Shown here in pieces: positions 18,847 through 28,633 of a stretch of 64,000 bases of DNA. The stretch comes from a virus (Duplodnaviria; Caudoviricetes), in IMG/VR virus record IMGVR_UViG_2889436542_000005, positions 509 through 64,508 of that record. One strand, given 5' to 3'. Within the stretch, counting starts at the first letter, position 1; each line of letters begins with the position of its first letter. A program made the translations under genes and the position numbers. The notes under the pieces were generated by a model. The model was not told where the DNA came from, did not search any database, and worked only from the letters and a program-made list of their open reading frames with translations.

Positions 18847-19265
18847 TTTACTATTTTACCTGTTATTTTGTCGGCTCTTTTTTGAAGTTCAAATGCTTCG
18901 TAAGCCTGTCCTGCAAGATCAGATAATTCGACTGCCACCTCTCGACATTCATTAAGCTCTCTAATGCAGGTTTCTCGATCTTTATTTGTTTGCACTCGGG
19001 ACAAGGCGGACAGTTGCTGGCGCATCCTGTCGTTAGAACTGCGCACGTCAGCAACATCGAGCCGAGCCTGCTTATATTCTTGCAAAAGTTTTTCATATTT
19101 CTCTTTTTCTTGCTGAAACTCTTCAAGAAAATATTTCTCGTTTGTTTGAGCCTGAGTTTGCAACGCCACTGCGTGTTCTTTTTCGAGCACTGCAATTTTT
19201 TCTTCGTAATACGAACAAGTTGCAAACCAGATAACGCTAGCGATTACTACCACTACCCACTGCAT
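18843..19265 (-). CDS. Spanin-like (Rz-like) lysis protein
   Basis: N-terminal TM plus coiled coil, downstream of the endolysin. Confidence 0.6.
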   Translation of the reverse strand: MQWVVVVIASVIWFATCSYYEEKIAVLEKEHAVALQTQAQTNEKYFLEEFQQEKEKYEKLLQEYKQARLDVADVRSSNDRMRQQLSALSRVQTNKDRETCIRELNECREVAVELSDLAGQAYEAFELQKRADKITGKIVK

Positions 19266-19653
19266 GATTATTCCGATTTTGCTTTATTAAATGACTATTT
19301 TTATCAATGAGTTTTTGGTTTTCATGAATCTTATAATTATTAGACTCAACCTTTTTAGCCAAACTCGTCAGCTCATTCTTGATTAGAAGCTGATAAGAAT
19401 TGCGCTGTTTCTCAAGAGACTCTTGATGCTTTTTGGCAATGCCGAGCATCATTCGGGTGTTTTCATGAGAAAGTTGTTCCATTCTTATTTCGCATTTAGA
19501 CACTTCTAATGCAACTGAATACCAACCGAGCAAATAACCAAAACCGACAAAGATAAAAATTTGAACAGTCTTTAAAATCTTGTCTACAACATCTTTTCTG
19601 AAGTGATCGCTTTGATACCACGTAATTAGGCGAGAAACCAACGGCTTTTTCAT
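19237..19653 (-). CDS. Membrane-anchored coiled-coil protein (lysis cassette)
   Basis: One TM then coiled coil; follows the endolysin. Confidence 0.55.
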   Translation of the reverse strand: MKKPLVSRLITWYQSDHFRKDVVDKILKTVQIFIFVGFGYLLGWYSVALEVSKCEIRMEQLSHENTRMMLGIAKKHQESLEKQRNSYQLLIKNELTSLAKKVESNNYKIHENQKLIDKNSHLIKQNRNNHAVGSGSNR

Positions 19654-20106
19654 TTACATGTCCTCCAAGAAGAGCTTTCTCTCTGCATTTCTGCGCCGTA
19701 CAAGTCCTGGACAAATCACTCCGCCAGACCTTCTCCAGTTGAGAAAAGCGTCAGCGGAGTTTTGATATTCATAGTTGTTTAAATGTTTGACGGCATCTGA
19801 GTTTCTTGCCGCTGTCACTCCGATGTTGAAGGCGAGAGAAAGCAGTGCGATGAACTGATTCTTTGTGACGGGAACTTTGACTGCTGAAGCCAAACCATTT
19901 GCGTGAGAGTGCAAATCAAGATGAAAAAGTCTTGTTGCCTCGTCATTGCTAATAATATCCCCCTGCTTCACATTCTTAGTGTGCCCTACTCCTATTGTCC
20001 AAACGCCCGATGTGCATTTATAGGCTTTTAATTTTCTGCCCTCAAATTCTTCAATAAAGTCGGCGGCCAATTCAGGAGACCAGGCGCTAAAAGGTTTAGT
20101 GATCAT
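19654..20106 (-). CDS. Endolysin, GH24 phage lysozyme
   Basis: EFEGRKLKAYKCTSGVWTIGVGHT; GLVRRRNAERKLF. Confidence 0.95.
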   Translation of the reverse strand: MITKPFSAWSPELAADFIEEFEGRKLKAYKCTSGVWTIGVGHTKNVKQGDIISNDEATRLFHLDLHSHANGLASAVKVPVTKNQFIALLSLAFNIGVTAARNSDAVKHLNNYEYQNSADAFLNWRRSGGVICPGLVRRRNAERKLFLEDM

Positions 20107-20431
20107 TGTTATTATTGTTTTTGTTAAAGTGTTGAAAAACTACTCCGAGACTTTCAGTGCCGAAGTACGACGCAACGCCAGAAAGCCCAAGAGCAACAAG
20201 GTCGTCAATTTTGAGACCCTTACAAATGAAATAAATGACAATGCAGGCAAAAGCTGAAGAAAAAGCCTTTCCTAGAAGTTCTACTAATGTAAATTTGTGA
20301 GGGGTGTTTGGGTTGTGCTTAAGTTCCTTTCGGTAGTCCTCTATGTACCGAATAATTCCTCCTGCCAATCCCAAACCTGTCAAAAAAGCCCAGAAGGTAA
20401 GTTCCCAATTGTTTGGGTCTTTGTCAGGCAT
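20096..20431 (-). CDS. Holin
   Basis: 111 aa, three hydrophobic segments, immediately upstream of the endolysin. Confidence 0.8.
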   Translation of the reverse strand: MPDKDPNNWELTFWAFLTGLGLAGGIIRYIEDYRKELKHNPNTPHKFTLVELLGKAFSSAFACIVIYFICKGLKIDDLVALGLSGVASYFGTESLGVVFQHFNKNNNNNDH

Positions 20432-20480
20432 GTCTTTTTCCTTTTTATTGTTGTTTGCCGTTTGCCCAAGTCTCTGAGAG

Positions 20481-20720
20481 TTATTGATAATCTTTTGGTA
20501 AGTGGGAACGTGCTTTTTCGCTCAAGTATGCTTGATAGCAATGCTCCTTTTGCCAGAAAAACAGGTGATTGATAATCCAGGCTGGCCATTCTCTCCCGTT
20601 CTCTTCGATCGAATGACGATAAGCTCTGGCGCTCAGTGTTTCGTCAGCCATGCCACCGATGAATGTGTTCAGCAGTTGGTCAAAAGCTATCAGAACTTGA
20701 AATGCGTCGGGATGTTTCAT
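20481..20720 (-). CDS. Small conserved phage protein
   Basis: LIAFDQLLNT...DETLSARAYR pattern, familiar from phage tail/lysis regions. Confidence 0.7.
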   Translation of the reverse strand: MKHPDAFQVLIAFDQLLNTFIGGMADETLSARAYRHSIEENGREWPAWIINHLFFWQKEHCYQAYLSEKARSHLPKDYQ

Positions 20721-21879
20721 GTTTGTATCCTAGTAATGGAATTAGAAGTGCTAAAACAGTGAAAATCCAACCAAATGAATAGGGTTGGGCAAGCGCAAAA
20801 CCGAGAGGGCAGATCATCATTGCAACCGCTGTCGCTATCTGCAATCTGCGAGGCTCATAGCGCTTTGTCATAATCAGCAAGGTAGGAACGCAGGCGATGG
20901 TTCTCAATGTCCCGTAAAGCAAGAACAGATCAACGATTGTCAGATTGTCCAACCAACAGAACAATGCGGTTAGCAACGTACAAAAACCTATGATTGTTAG
21001 GTTCTCCCTGCCCTTTTTTGCAAGAGCGCCCACTGCACAAAGATTAGAGTCAACCGTGGCAATGAGAGCCGAAAGTACAGCGGCGCCCAAAATCATTATT
21101 GAGAATGGATTAGATGCGACAACCTGCAACTGCCAATTCTCAACTGTCGGGGCGCAGAATCCCAAGATAGAGAAAATGATTGGGATTGATATAAAGAACA
21201 AACTGGCAAATGCAAAAGTCTTGAACCTTTGTCCTCGCTCAATGCTGTTTGCTCTTTGCCAAAATGTTGTGTCTGCATATGGTGCTGACAACAAACCAAT
21301 TGCAGTGGGGATACCGAAACTCAAGAAGAGATTCAGAAAATTAAAATCAACATGCCCGCCGAAATTTAAGGTGCTTGTGTGCTCAGCGCCGAAAACCAAG
21401 GCGACGCCCGCTAAGAAAATCACTTCCCACTTGTAAGCGTCGGTTTTGATGCAAGCTCTCAAGCCTTTCCCGAAGATAATCAGGAAGGACAAAGCTAAAA
21501 CCAACAAGGCGCTAGCGATTCTTGGAAGCTCAAACCATTGGGAAAGCAAAGCGTGGATTCCCAAAATCTGGACAAATGTTGAACCTATTAACAATGCGCC
21601 CGTCATTGTTAGATGCTCAACTTCTTGAACTCTTCCTGCTTTTTTAACTGCTTCAACAGCTGTTGAGGCGTTTATGTTGAATCTGTCGCAAATATAACCG
21701 AAGATTAGAAGCGTCAGAACATTGGGAATTAAGAACATTAAAAATCCAGCAATGCCATACTGATAAGCAATTTGACTGGAAACAAAAAGAGCAGGTGCCC
21801 AAATCCACGTTGCGGCTATCGACTTTGCATAAAAATTTGTCGTCAGTCCACGAGCTGTCGCATACTGATTAGTATTCAT
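20680..21879 (-). CDS. Multi-pass membrane protein, sodium:solute symporter-like
   Basis: About 12 hydrophobic segments; SIAATWIWAPAL, WQR and ATVDSNL motifs. Confidence 0.75.
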   Translation of the reverse strand: MNTNQYATARGLTTNFYAKSIAATWIWAPALFVSSQIAYQYGIAGFLMFLIPNVLTLLIFGYICDRFNINASTAVEAVKKAGRVQEVEHLTMTGALLIGSTFVQILGIHALLSQWFELPRIASALLVLALSFLIIFGKGLRACIKTDAYKWEVIFLAGVALVFGAEHTSTLNFGGHVDFNFLNLFLSFGIPTAIGLLSAPYADTTFWQRANSIERGQRFKTFAFASLFFISIPIIFSILGFCAPTVENWQLQVVASNPFSIMILGAAVLSALIATVDSNLCAVGALAKKGRENLTIIGFCTLLTALFCWLDNLTIVDLFLLYGTLRTIACVPTLLIMTKRYEPRRLQIATAVAMMICPLGFALAQPYSFGWIFTVLALLIPLLGYKHETSRRISSSDSF

Positions 21880-22981
21880 GCTTCAAATACTTTTCGCTTA
21901 TTTTTTGTTGTAATGCTGAGATATTGTCTTCGGATTTACTCTTGTACTGAAAGATGTGATAACCGTCAGTGTCCAGTACAAAAACTCTTCTGCCTTCAGG
22001 CTTTACGGTCGATCGAGAATTGACTTTTGGTTTGTTTAAGAAGTAATCCTCGTCGTGGTTGTAGTCGAAGATGTATTGCTTCAGTTCTTTCTTGTACCAC
22101 TTGGGTTCTTTGAAAACATTGTGCAGTTTTATGTTTTCAAAGTTGTTTACCGACCAAGATTGAAAGTCGTCTGTTTCAAAAAAGTTGACAACGCATTCTC
22201 TTGAGGCATTTCTTGTGCAAAGCATTCTTTGAACTTCACGCACATATGACCACTTAATGCCGAAGTTGTACATCCACGTGAATTCACAAAAGTGTTTAAC
22301 GTTCAGTCCCAGACGTTTTGCGTAGTCCGAATAAATCTGTTCGATGACATTAAAAGAGCGCTCCGTAAGTCTGATTCGTCTTACTTTCATCATCTCTCTA
22401 ATGCCATTCATCCAATCATAGTTGTAGAGTTCAGAGTTGAATCGATGAATGTCTGAGCCGAACAACTGATCTGCGCACCAGCCATTAATGGCTAAACAGT
22501 CACGAAGTTCATCGCAATATGTCGGAATGTCGTCTTGTCGAATGACATTAATACCCTGCGCTTTCATGACCTGTAAAAAGTACGGATACTCTTCTTCAGT
22601 CATTGCTGAGTAAGCGACCGTCAGTTGGTCAAGAGGGATATTGTTCTTTAGAAAAGAACAAACGATTGCTGTCGAATCGACGCCTCCTGACCAAAGAACG
22701 ACAATCGGCTTGTTTTGCTTCATCAGCTCGATTGCCCTTACATCACAAATATCAGCGATCTTCAGATTCTTTGCGGTAGGGAACTTTTCGTTGAACTCCG
22801 CAACATCAAAACAAGAATGTTTGTTGAGTATTCCAAATCTGTCTGCGCAGAACCATCCCGCAAACATTCTATTCATGACGGTCAACGGGTCGGTTTTGCT
22901 TATTGGTAAACCGCCAAAATAAAATCTTTGAGCGGCGATTAATTTAGTCATAAGAGATAACGAGTTCTGGAAGAAGAGCAA
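21869..22981 (-). CDS. PP-loop ATP pyrophosphatase (asparagine-synthetase C-domain-like)
   Basis: VVLWSGGVDS PP-loop and GWCADQLFG; no glutaminase domain. Confidence 0.75.
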   Translation of the reverse strand: MLFFQNSLSLMTKLIAAQRFYFGGLPISKTDPLTVMNRMFAGWFCADRFGILNKHSCFDVAEFNEKFPTAKNLKIADICDVRAIELMKQNKPIVVLWSGGVDSTAIVCSFLKNNIPLDQLTVAYSAMTEEEYPYFLQVMKAQGINVIRQDDIPTYCDELRDCLAINGWCADQLFGSDIHRFNSELYNYDWMNGIREMMKVRRIRLTERSFNVIEQIYSDYAKRLGLNVKHFCEFTWMYNFGIKWSYVREVQRMLCTRNASRECVVNFFETDDFQSWSVNNFENIKLHNVFKEPKWYKKELKQYIFDYNHDEDYFLNKPKVNSRSTVKPEGRRVFVLDTDGYHIFQYKSKSEDNISALQQKISEKYLKHEY

Positions 22982-23408
22982 TCAGTTCTTCATGCGTGGG
23001 AATGTCTCTCTTTCCGCCTAACACTTCATCCAAAACCGCATAGCAAGTTGTCCAAATCTGAGAACGCCACTCTTTGAATGCTTTTGCTTCAGCCGCAAAC
23101 TTCGGATTGGTGTCGTTTTCGTAAGTGATGGCGGTAAAGATAGAGTCGTAATTCAATTTCTTTGCCTCTTCGTCCATTACTTTCTGCACTTCAATGGTGA
23201 GTCTCTGAATGATTTGTTCAGGAGTCTGCGCAGGAAGGTTTACCTCCAAAGGCTTCTCGTCGTAGCCGAAAACCTGATCGAGATTGATTGTCTTCAAGAC
23301 ATAAGGAGTGCCGATGGTTTTAAATGCTTGTTCGATGCTTTTCTGTGCAGAAATCGAATCTTCGTCAGTAATGACGGCATTAATCATCACATTGTATTTG
23401 TAAGCCAT
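22944..23408 (-). CDS. Tail fibre assembly/chaperone-like protein
   Basis: YDSIFTAITY...FAAEAKAFKEWRSQIW...EELIALLP; sits downstream of fibre genes. Confidence 0.65.
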   Translation of the reverse strand: MAYKYNVMINAVITDEDSISAQKSIEQAFKTIGTPYVLKTINLDQVFGYDEKPLEVNLPAQTPEQIIQRLTIEVQKVMDEEAKKLNYDSIFTAITYENDTNPKFAAEAKAFKEWRSQIWTTCYAVLDEVLGGKRDIPTHEELIALLPELVISYD

Positions 23409-23417
23409 TTTTTCTCC

Positions 23418-23744
23418 TTAAATCTCTTCTTTCTGAGCAGTCGTTTCTTCTGCGCTGTCGTTAGTCACAACCTCCTCAATGTCATCCTCTTCTTTATTGA
23501 CGACAGGCGGTTCAATGGCGTTATCGGGAGGTCTGACAATCGAAATGTAGCCCTCGGTAATCTCGTTTCCTTCGTCATCCCAAGTACGGACTGTGCCGTT
23601 TGGGTCACACCACATATCAACCGAAACGGCCTTTAATGTCAGTTCGTCAATCAAAGAAAGCGCTTCGTAAATTTTTCTTTGAGTTTCTAAGTTATCTGCG
23701 GAATCGTAAATGCCGAGAATCTGAATGTTGTATCGATTTTTCAT
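23418..23744 (-). CDS. Hypothetical acidic protein
   Basis: 108-aa ORF in operon orientation. Confidence 0.6.
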   Translation of the reverse strand: MKNRYNIQILGIYDSADNLETQRKIYEALSLIDELTLKAVSVDMWCDPNGTVRTWDDEGNEITEGYISIVRPPDNAIEPPVVNKEEDDIEEVVTNDSAEETTAQKEEI

Positions 23745-23746
23745 TG

Positions 23747-24454
23747 TTATGAACCTAAGTTAAAGGAATTTGAAACCCAAGAAGTTGTGCCGTAGGAGTT
23801 GTAGAACCGTTGATAAACCCGAATGCATTCGCCATAAGAGTTACCGCCTCTACCATCATTTGAGTAAAGGCCAAAGGCAATGTTCATTGATCTGCTTGCG
23901 CCGCTTGCGTTATTTTTGACAGTTATCCACGGTCCTTCTGTATTGGCGGCTAATCTGTCTGGATTTAAGTCAAGACACGGCGAAGGAGTTACTTGGGCGG
24001 TTGAATCGGCAACAACAGCTAGACGATAGTGATGTGTGTATCCGCCTTCAGTGTGGTAGTGACAAATGCACACTTGCCATGTTGGTGCTGAAGAACCATA
24101 TCCAGAACAACTTCCTGTGACGTAAATGTAGCCTCGCATGTATCTTTGGGCGTGACTGTATTGGTCCTCGCCACTGCCGTGATAACACTGCGTTTTCCCA
24201 GAGTTATAGAGATTGTTCATCGTTGCGTTATAGGCAGAAAAAACAGGCGCAGAGCTGTTTCCTCGCAGGGTCCCGATATCTGTGTTTGCGCTGTTTCTGT
24301 AGCCAACAGAATAGCCCAGTGAACCCGTCGCAAAACGGTTTCCTAAATCCTGAGCGGCTGAGGTTTGAAATCCCAGCGCTCCAGCATTTGAATTGTTTAC
24401 TAAGAACAAAGAGTCGAGGTCGGTTCCTGCTGAGTTCAAAAATCCACAAGTCAT
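23747..24454 (-). CDS. Fibre-associated virion protein
   Basis: G/S/N-rich N-terminus (GFLNSAGTDLDSLF); coupled to the long fibre gene. Confidence 0.55.
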   Translation of the reverse strand: MTCGFLNSAGTDLDSLFLVNNSNAGALGFQTSAAQDLGNRFATGSLGYSVGYRNSANTDIGTLRGNSSAPVFSAYNATMNNLYNSGKTQCYHGSGEDQYSHAQRYMRGYIYVTGSCSGYGSSAPTWQVCICHYHTEGGYTHHYRLAVVADSTAQVTPSPCLDLNPDRLAANTEGPWITVKNNASGASRSMNIAFGLYSNDGRGGNSYGECIRVYQRFYNSYGTTSWVSNSFNLGS

Positions 24455-25914
24455 AGCTTCTTCTCCAATTCTGCAATGCGAGCTTTCAGACGATTAATCT
24501 CATGGATTGCTGTCATCAAAAGAGCTGATTCGTCCAAGCTCAGCATTCCGTTTTCGTCTGTATCGACAAACTGAGGTGTCTGTGTCTTAATGTCTTGAGC
24601 GATATAACCGATGTGTGTTTTCTCTTTTATATCGTTCTTGAACTTGAACGTCTTAAGCGAAGCGTTTGGCAATTCATAATCGACATCTTGTATGTCTTTC
24701 TTCAAGCGTCTATCGGAATTTACTCTGAAAGAGTTTCCGTAAACCCAACCACCAGACGCTCGTATATCTCTATGAACAATAAAATCGCCGTTTTGGTCGA
24801 ACCTATGATTGAAAGTTTGTGTGTTTGTGTTTGAATTGTAATTAGCGTCCGAAATAAAACTGAACGAAAGATTGGAACCGTTTGCAGAGCCTGAAGAGCC
24901 AACCTCCCAACTTCCCGTATTGCACTTCATCGACAATATTGGACAATAATGTTCCCCGTCGGTAATTCGTAAAAGCGCAGTGTCACGCCCTTTACACCAA
25001 GATGTCGAAGTTGACGCTTTTGTAATTTGACCAGCGTTCAGTCTTAATCCGTGACCCATAGTCACAGTGCCGTTCGACAAATTGAAAAACAATGGTCTGA
25101 GATCGTTATAACCACCCAACGCATCGTCGGTGTTAGTCGTCATGAGATAGAAATTTGCGCCATCGTTTCTACAAATGACTGCTTTGTTGTTGTAAATCAA
25201 GCGAAGTTGATTTGTGACAGAACCCCCTACTCGCATTTCGTTGTTGATGGTTGTAATGCCGTTTACAGTAAGGGTTCCTGTAATGGTCTTGCCACCGCTT
25301 AGCGGCAAATAATTGTCGGCCTTTGCTGTCACCCATTGTGTTGTGGCAATTGCACCGCTATTTGAACTTGCGACAGGCGTACAACAAGAAGCAAAAGGGA
25401 CACCAGAAGCATCAAAACCAATACGAAGCAAATTAGCATCCCTTGAATCTGCGACGTTTCTATAACAGCCCATGTGAAAATCCACTGAACCGTCTGCCAT
25501 GGTTTGATGCTCAAGAATGGCCATGCGAGTGTCATAACTGCCAGAATTCAACTCTGTATCTATGGCTCGATTATTACCCGCATTAAAAGTAATGCTTTGA
25601 TATTGATTAGAAGCGGGAGTAACGCCCTTTATTACATTTTTGTTGCTTATATTGATGGCGTTACTAAAAACTTCTATTTTCCCTGTAAAAACCCTTTTCC
25701 CATTGATAACTTGATCGTCATCAACGTTTACTTTTGTATCTAGCAGGTCAGTAATCTTATTTTCTCCCACAATAATGTTGGGAGCTTTAATAAAATTGTC
25801 TTCCCCCTCAATGATGAGAGAACCGCTTAACGACCCACCCTCTGAGCCAACGGCGACTTTATCAAGAACATTTCTTATCGCAGTTTTGATTTGTGCCTTT
25901 GTTTGTTTCGCCAT
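24451..25914 (-). CDS. Long tail fibre with C-terminal intramolecular chaperone (peptidase S74-like)
   Basis: SDRRLKKDI...HIGYIAQDI plus terminal coiled coil; T4-long-fibre-like segments (RNDGANFYLMTT...DLRPLFFNLSNG). Confidence 0.88.
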   Translation of the reverse strand: MAKQTKAQIKTAIRNVLDKVAVGSEGGSLSGSLIIEGEDNFIKAPNIIVGENKITDLLDTKVNVDDDQVINGKRVFTGKIEVFSNAINISNKNVIKGVTPASNQYQSITFNAGNNRAIDTELNSGSYDTRMAILEHQTMADGSVDFHMGCYRNVADSRDANLLRIGFDASGVPFASCCTPVASSNSGAIATTQWVTAKADNYLPLSGGKTITGTLTVNGITTINNEMRVGGSVTNQLRLIYNNKAVICRNDGANFYLMTTNTDDALGGYNDLRPLFFNLSNGTVTMGHGLRLNAGQITKASTSTSWCKGRDTALLRITDGEHYCPILSMKCNTGSWEVGSSGSANGSNLSFSFISDANYNSNTNTQTFNHRFDQNGDFIVHRDIRASGGWVYGNSFRVNSDRRLKKDIQDVDYELPNASLKTFKFKNDIKEKTHIGYIAQDIKTQTPQFVDTDENGMLSLDESALLMTAIHEINRLKARIAELEKKL

Positions 25915-26060
25915 TTTTATGGTCTTCTTTTAGTAGTGTTATATTCTTTGTTTTGAGAAGAACGCTGTACGTCATCTTTGACGACAAGTTCTGTAAATTC
26001 ATCTCTGAATGATTTGTTTTCTCTACAAAAGGAGGGTTTCCCCTTTGGTTTTCTTTTACT

Positions 26061-26130
26061 AGGCAATTTGAATTGCCTCAAACATAAGCGAAGAAATTTG
26101 TGTACAATGAGCTTATTCGCTTATGTTTGA
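26061..26130. repeat. Two adjacent inverted repeats in the intergenic gap
   Basis: aggcaatt/aattgcct (26061-26078) and perfect 15-bp tcaaacataagcgaa (26078-26092) / ttcgcttatgtttga (26116-26130). Confidence 0.85.
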
Positions 26131-26177
26131 TCGAGTTACGAAATTACCTCTCATGAATTTCGATACGTAGCTCGGTT

Positions 26178-26216
26178 GCCCTCGGGTCTTGAACATGCCC
26201 GAGGGCATTTTCTTTT
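26178..26216. terminator. Hairpin terminator downstream of the tip-gene array
   Basis: gccctcggg/cccgagggc stem; the U-rich tail (attttctttt) is on the plus strand. Confidence 0.65.
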
Positions 26217-26748
26217 ATTCGTTGCTCGCCTTGAACCATATACAAGTGCCATTGCCGTTCCAACCGTTGCTATTTGCCCCACGTGTATACATTCTTCCGC
26301 TTGGCGCATCTATGAACATTTGAAATACTTCACTGCCGCTTCCTGTCCAATGAATCAAGTAACCATATTGATTAGGTTGAGCCTTTAAGCAATTTAATTG
26401 GTTATACCAATAGCACCCTCTTGGTTGTTTTCTCCAAAAGTCAGGCGTATCGGTGCTTTCAGTGGTAACATTAACAGATGATATTGCGATAAAGTCATGG
26501 GCTTTAATCCCAATCTCATTGCCTTTGTACTTTGTTAAATTACCGAGATTAGTATCGCCATTTAACCAACTTGTTCCATTAACCGAAAATTCGTTTTTAA
26601 CAGCGGCGTCACCATTCATCCACATCTTGCCATCAACAGAACACCATCCGCTGACATTTAAATCGCCCTGTTTACCCCCCCCCCTCTTATCTAGTTTGTC
26701 AGCGAGGCGCTCTTGAATTAGGTTTATACAGTCTTTTAGTGTTGCCAT
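26215..26748 (-). CDS. Fibre-tip gene F (pyocin-knob-like), G10 tract in frame (ON)
   Basis: GAT AAG AGG GGG GGG GGT AAA; tract at 26675-26684; knob-like RGCYWY...YGYL...VFQMF...MYTR. Confidence 0.8.
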   Translation of the reverse strand: MATLKDCINLIQERLADKLDKRGGGKQGDLNVSGWCSVDGKMWMNGDAAVKNEFSVNGTSWLNGDTNLGNLTKYKGNEIGIKAHDFIAISSVNVTTESTDTPDFWRKQPRGCYWYNQLNCLKAQPNQYGYLIHWTGSGSEVFQMFIDAPSGRMYTRGANSNGWNGNGTCIWFKASNE

Positions 26749-26787
26749 TTTATTGACCTTCTTGGTTTCGTCTCAATGAGAAAACTT

Positions 26788-27264
26788 TTATTCGATTCGT
26801 TCCCATATCGCATAAACTGCGAATGGAGGAAGATTGTTATGAGCTTGAGAACCACCAGTTGAAGCAGTTTGCAGATCTTTATTTGGGTCGCCAGCACCGC
26901 CGCCACCAGTGGTCGAACCGCCCAATCCTTGCCATGACAAACCATATCCGATTGTGCCAACGTTTAAATCAACCTGCCAACCACCTTCGTTCTCATAGCT
27001 CCAATAAATACCTTTATGGTTATGAGTGGGCATTTCTTGCAATGTCAAGGTATGACTTTCTTCACCGCCAGTCTGACCGATGGGACGATTCTCAGAAGCT
27101 CCGTAAATAAATCTTCCTTCAATTCGCTTCCATTTAGAATACCCCCCCCCGAATAGAATTACATCGGGGTTACGGTCGTCACTAGTGAAGAAAAGCGAGC
27201 CAACGGGATGTACCGCAAGCAAAACTTCTCTGATTAGTTCTTTTAAATCTTTTTGTTCTGTCAT
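26788..27264 (-). CDS. Fibre-tip gene E (T4 gp10-C/gp12-like domain), G9 in frame (ON)
   Basis: HPVGS...W...RF..G...GGEESHTLT..EMPTHNH...HNNLPP...WERI; tract 27142-27150. Confidence 0.88.
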   Translation of the reverse strand: MTEQKDLKELIREVLLAVHPVGSLFFTSDDRNPDVILFGGGYSKWKRIEGRFIYGASENRPIGQTGGEESHTLTLQEMPTHNHKGIYWSYENEGGWQVDLNVGTIGYGLSWQGLGGSTTGGGGAGDPNKDLQTASTGGSQAHNNLPPFAVYAIWERIE

Positions 27265-27735
27265 TTAAGCCGTGCGTTGCCAAATATTTGTAATGTAATA
27301 AGGGGGCATATTGTTATGAGGTTGGGAACTGCCGACCGTTTCGTATTGCTTCTTTGGTTCGGCTTCTTCCCACGCCCATTCGTTTCTTCCGCAACCAAAT
27401 CTAAGAACCCAACACCAATGATCTCCAGCGGGTTCGACTGATGTATCTTGACTTGTCCACTTTAATCTATGATGATGAGCTGGAATTTCACCTTGTGAAA
27501 GTGTGTGAGAATATTCGCCTCCTCTTGCCCCTACCGTCTGACCCATAGCGGGAGCAGTATCTCTACCGAAGAGAAATGCCTCTTCTATTCGTTGCCATAC
27601 CCCCCCCCCGAACACTTCAGCGGGGTTGATGTCGTTATCACTAAAGTAGAAACTACCGACTGGGTGCGCGGCCAATATTGCTTCTTTGACCGATTTTTCG
27701 ACTGCTTTATTGATTACTTCTTCTAAGTTCGTCAT
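27265..27735 (-). CDS. Fibre-tip gene D, G10 in frame (ON)
   Basis: Same domain, HHH motif; tract 27600-27609; start MTNLEE at 27735 by ATGA overlap. Confidence 0.88.
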   Translation of the reverse strand: MTNLEEVINKAVEKSVKEAILAAHPVGSFYFSDNDINPAEVFGGGVWQRIEEAFLFGRDTAPAMGQTVGARGGEYSHTLSQGEIPAHHHRLKWTSQDTSVEPAGDHWCWVLRFGCGRNEWAWEEAEPKKQYETVGSSQPHNNMPPYYITNIWQRTA

Positions 27736-28174
27736 GCTGTTCTGCGCCAAATGAACACTGATCGGAAAGGGGGCATATTGTTGTGCGATTGGCCTCCGCC
27801 GACGTATTCAGTTGCGATATTGCAAGTTGTGTTGCTTGTGTTTACCAACGCTTGCTTCCAAGTATTAGTGGTGTTAGTTACTCCGTTGCTATTAGCCGAG
27901 TAGTAATCATCCTTGTACACTCTGTGAGTATGTCTCGGCATATTCTCTATAGTTAAGGTGACGTTCGATTCCCCAGCCAATGTACCAACTGGTATTGTGT
28001 CTGTTTCACCGTATAGGAACCGACCTCTTACTTTCTCCCATACCCCCCCCCAATTACATCAGCGGGATTCTGAGAACCTTCTGTTAACCAGTAGGAACCA
28101 ACGGGATACAGTTCGAGTTTTGCTTGTTTAACTGCCTTCTCGATTGCTTTGTTTAAAACTTGTTCTAAATTCAT
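27732..28174 (-). pseudogene. Fibre-tip gene C, frameshifted at G9 (OFF; G10 or G7 restores)
   Basis: MNLEQVLNKAIEKAVKQAKLELYPVGSYW...DVIGGG then YGRK*; adding one G gives GGGVWEKVRGRFLYG...MPRHTH...HNNMPP...WRRTA; tract 28043-28051. Confidence 0.88.
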
Positions 28175-28633
28175 TTATGCTGTTCGTTTCCAACAGTAAG
28201 TAACTACATACGGTGGAAGGTTGTTATGAGGTTGATTACCACCACCGCCGTTGACAATGCTTTTTAAGTTGTCAGGAACCATAACGCCGCCATCTGCAAC
28301 GGCGCAGTCAGTGGCTGCCAAAGCATCAAAGTTTGAATCGTTGATCGTGAAGACTGCGCCAGGATTACTAACCATAAAAATCTGTTTGGTTATGTAGTGA
28401 CTGTGTATTGGCAATTCTGATGCCGTTAGAGTGTGGCTTGCTTCACCGCCCGTTTGTCCTTGTTGATAGGTGTCTCCTGCGGTCAGAATGAACCTATCTT
28501 TTACCTGTACCCACGTCCCGCCAAAATTTCACTGGGGGGGGGTAGATACATCAGAAAAGTAGTAACTGCCCACGGGATGGGCTTCTAACTTTGCTTTCTG
28601 AATTGCTTTTTCTAATAGTTGTTCTAAATTCAT
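28175..28633 (-). pseudogene. Fibre-tip gene B, OFF: C9 tract plus in-frame TGA
   Basis: MNLEQLLEKAIQKAKLEAHPVGSYYFSDVSTPPQ*NFGGTWVQVKDRF...PIHSH...HNNLPP...WKRTA; tract 28534-28542, TGA at 28529-28531. Confidence 0.85.

Noticed and set aside
28529-28531. TGA recoding (Sec/Trp) in gene B
   Set aside because: TGA is used as a normal stop in many genes here, and paralogue alignment favours compensating indels.
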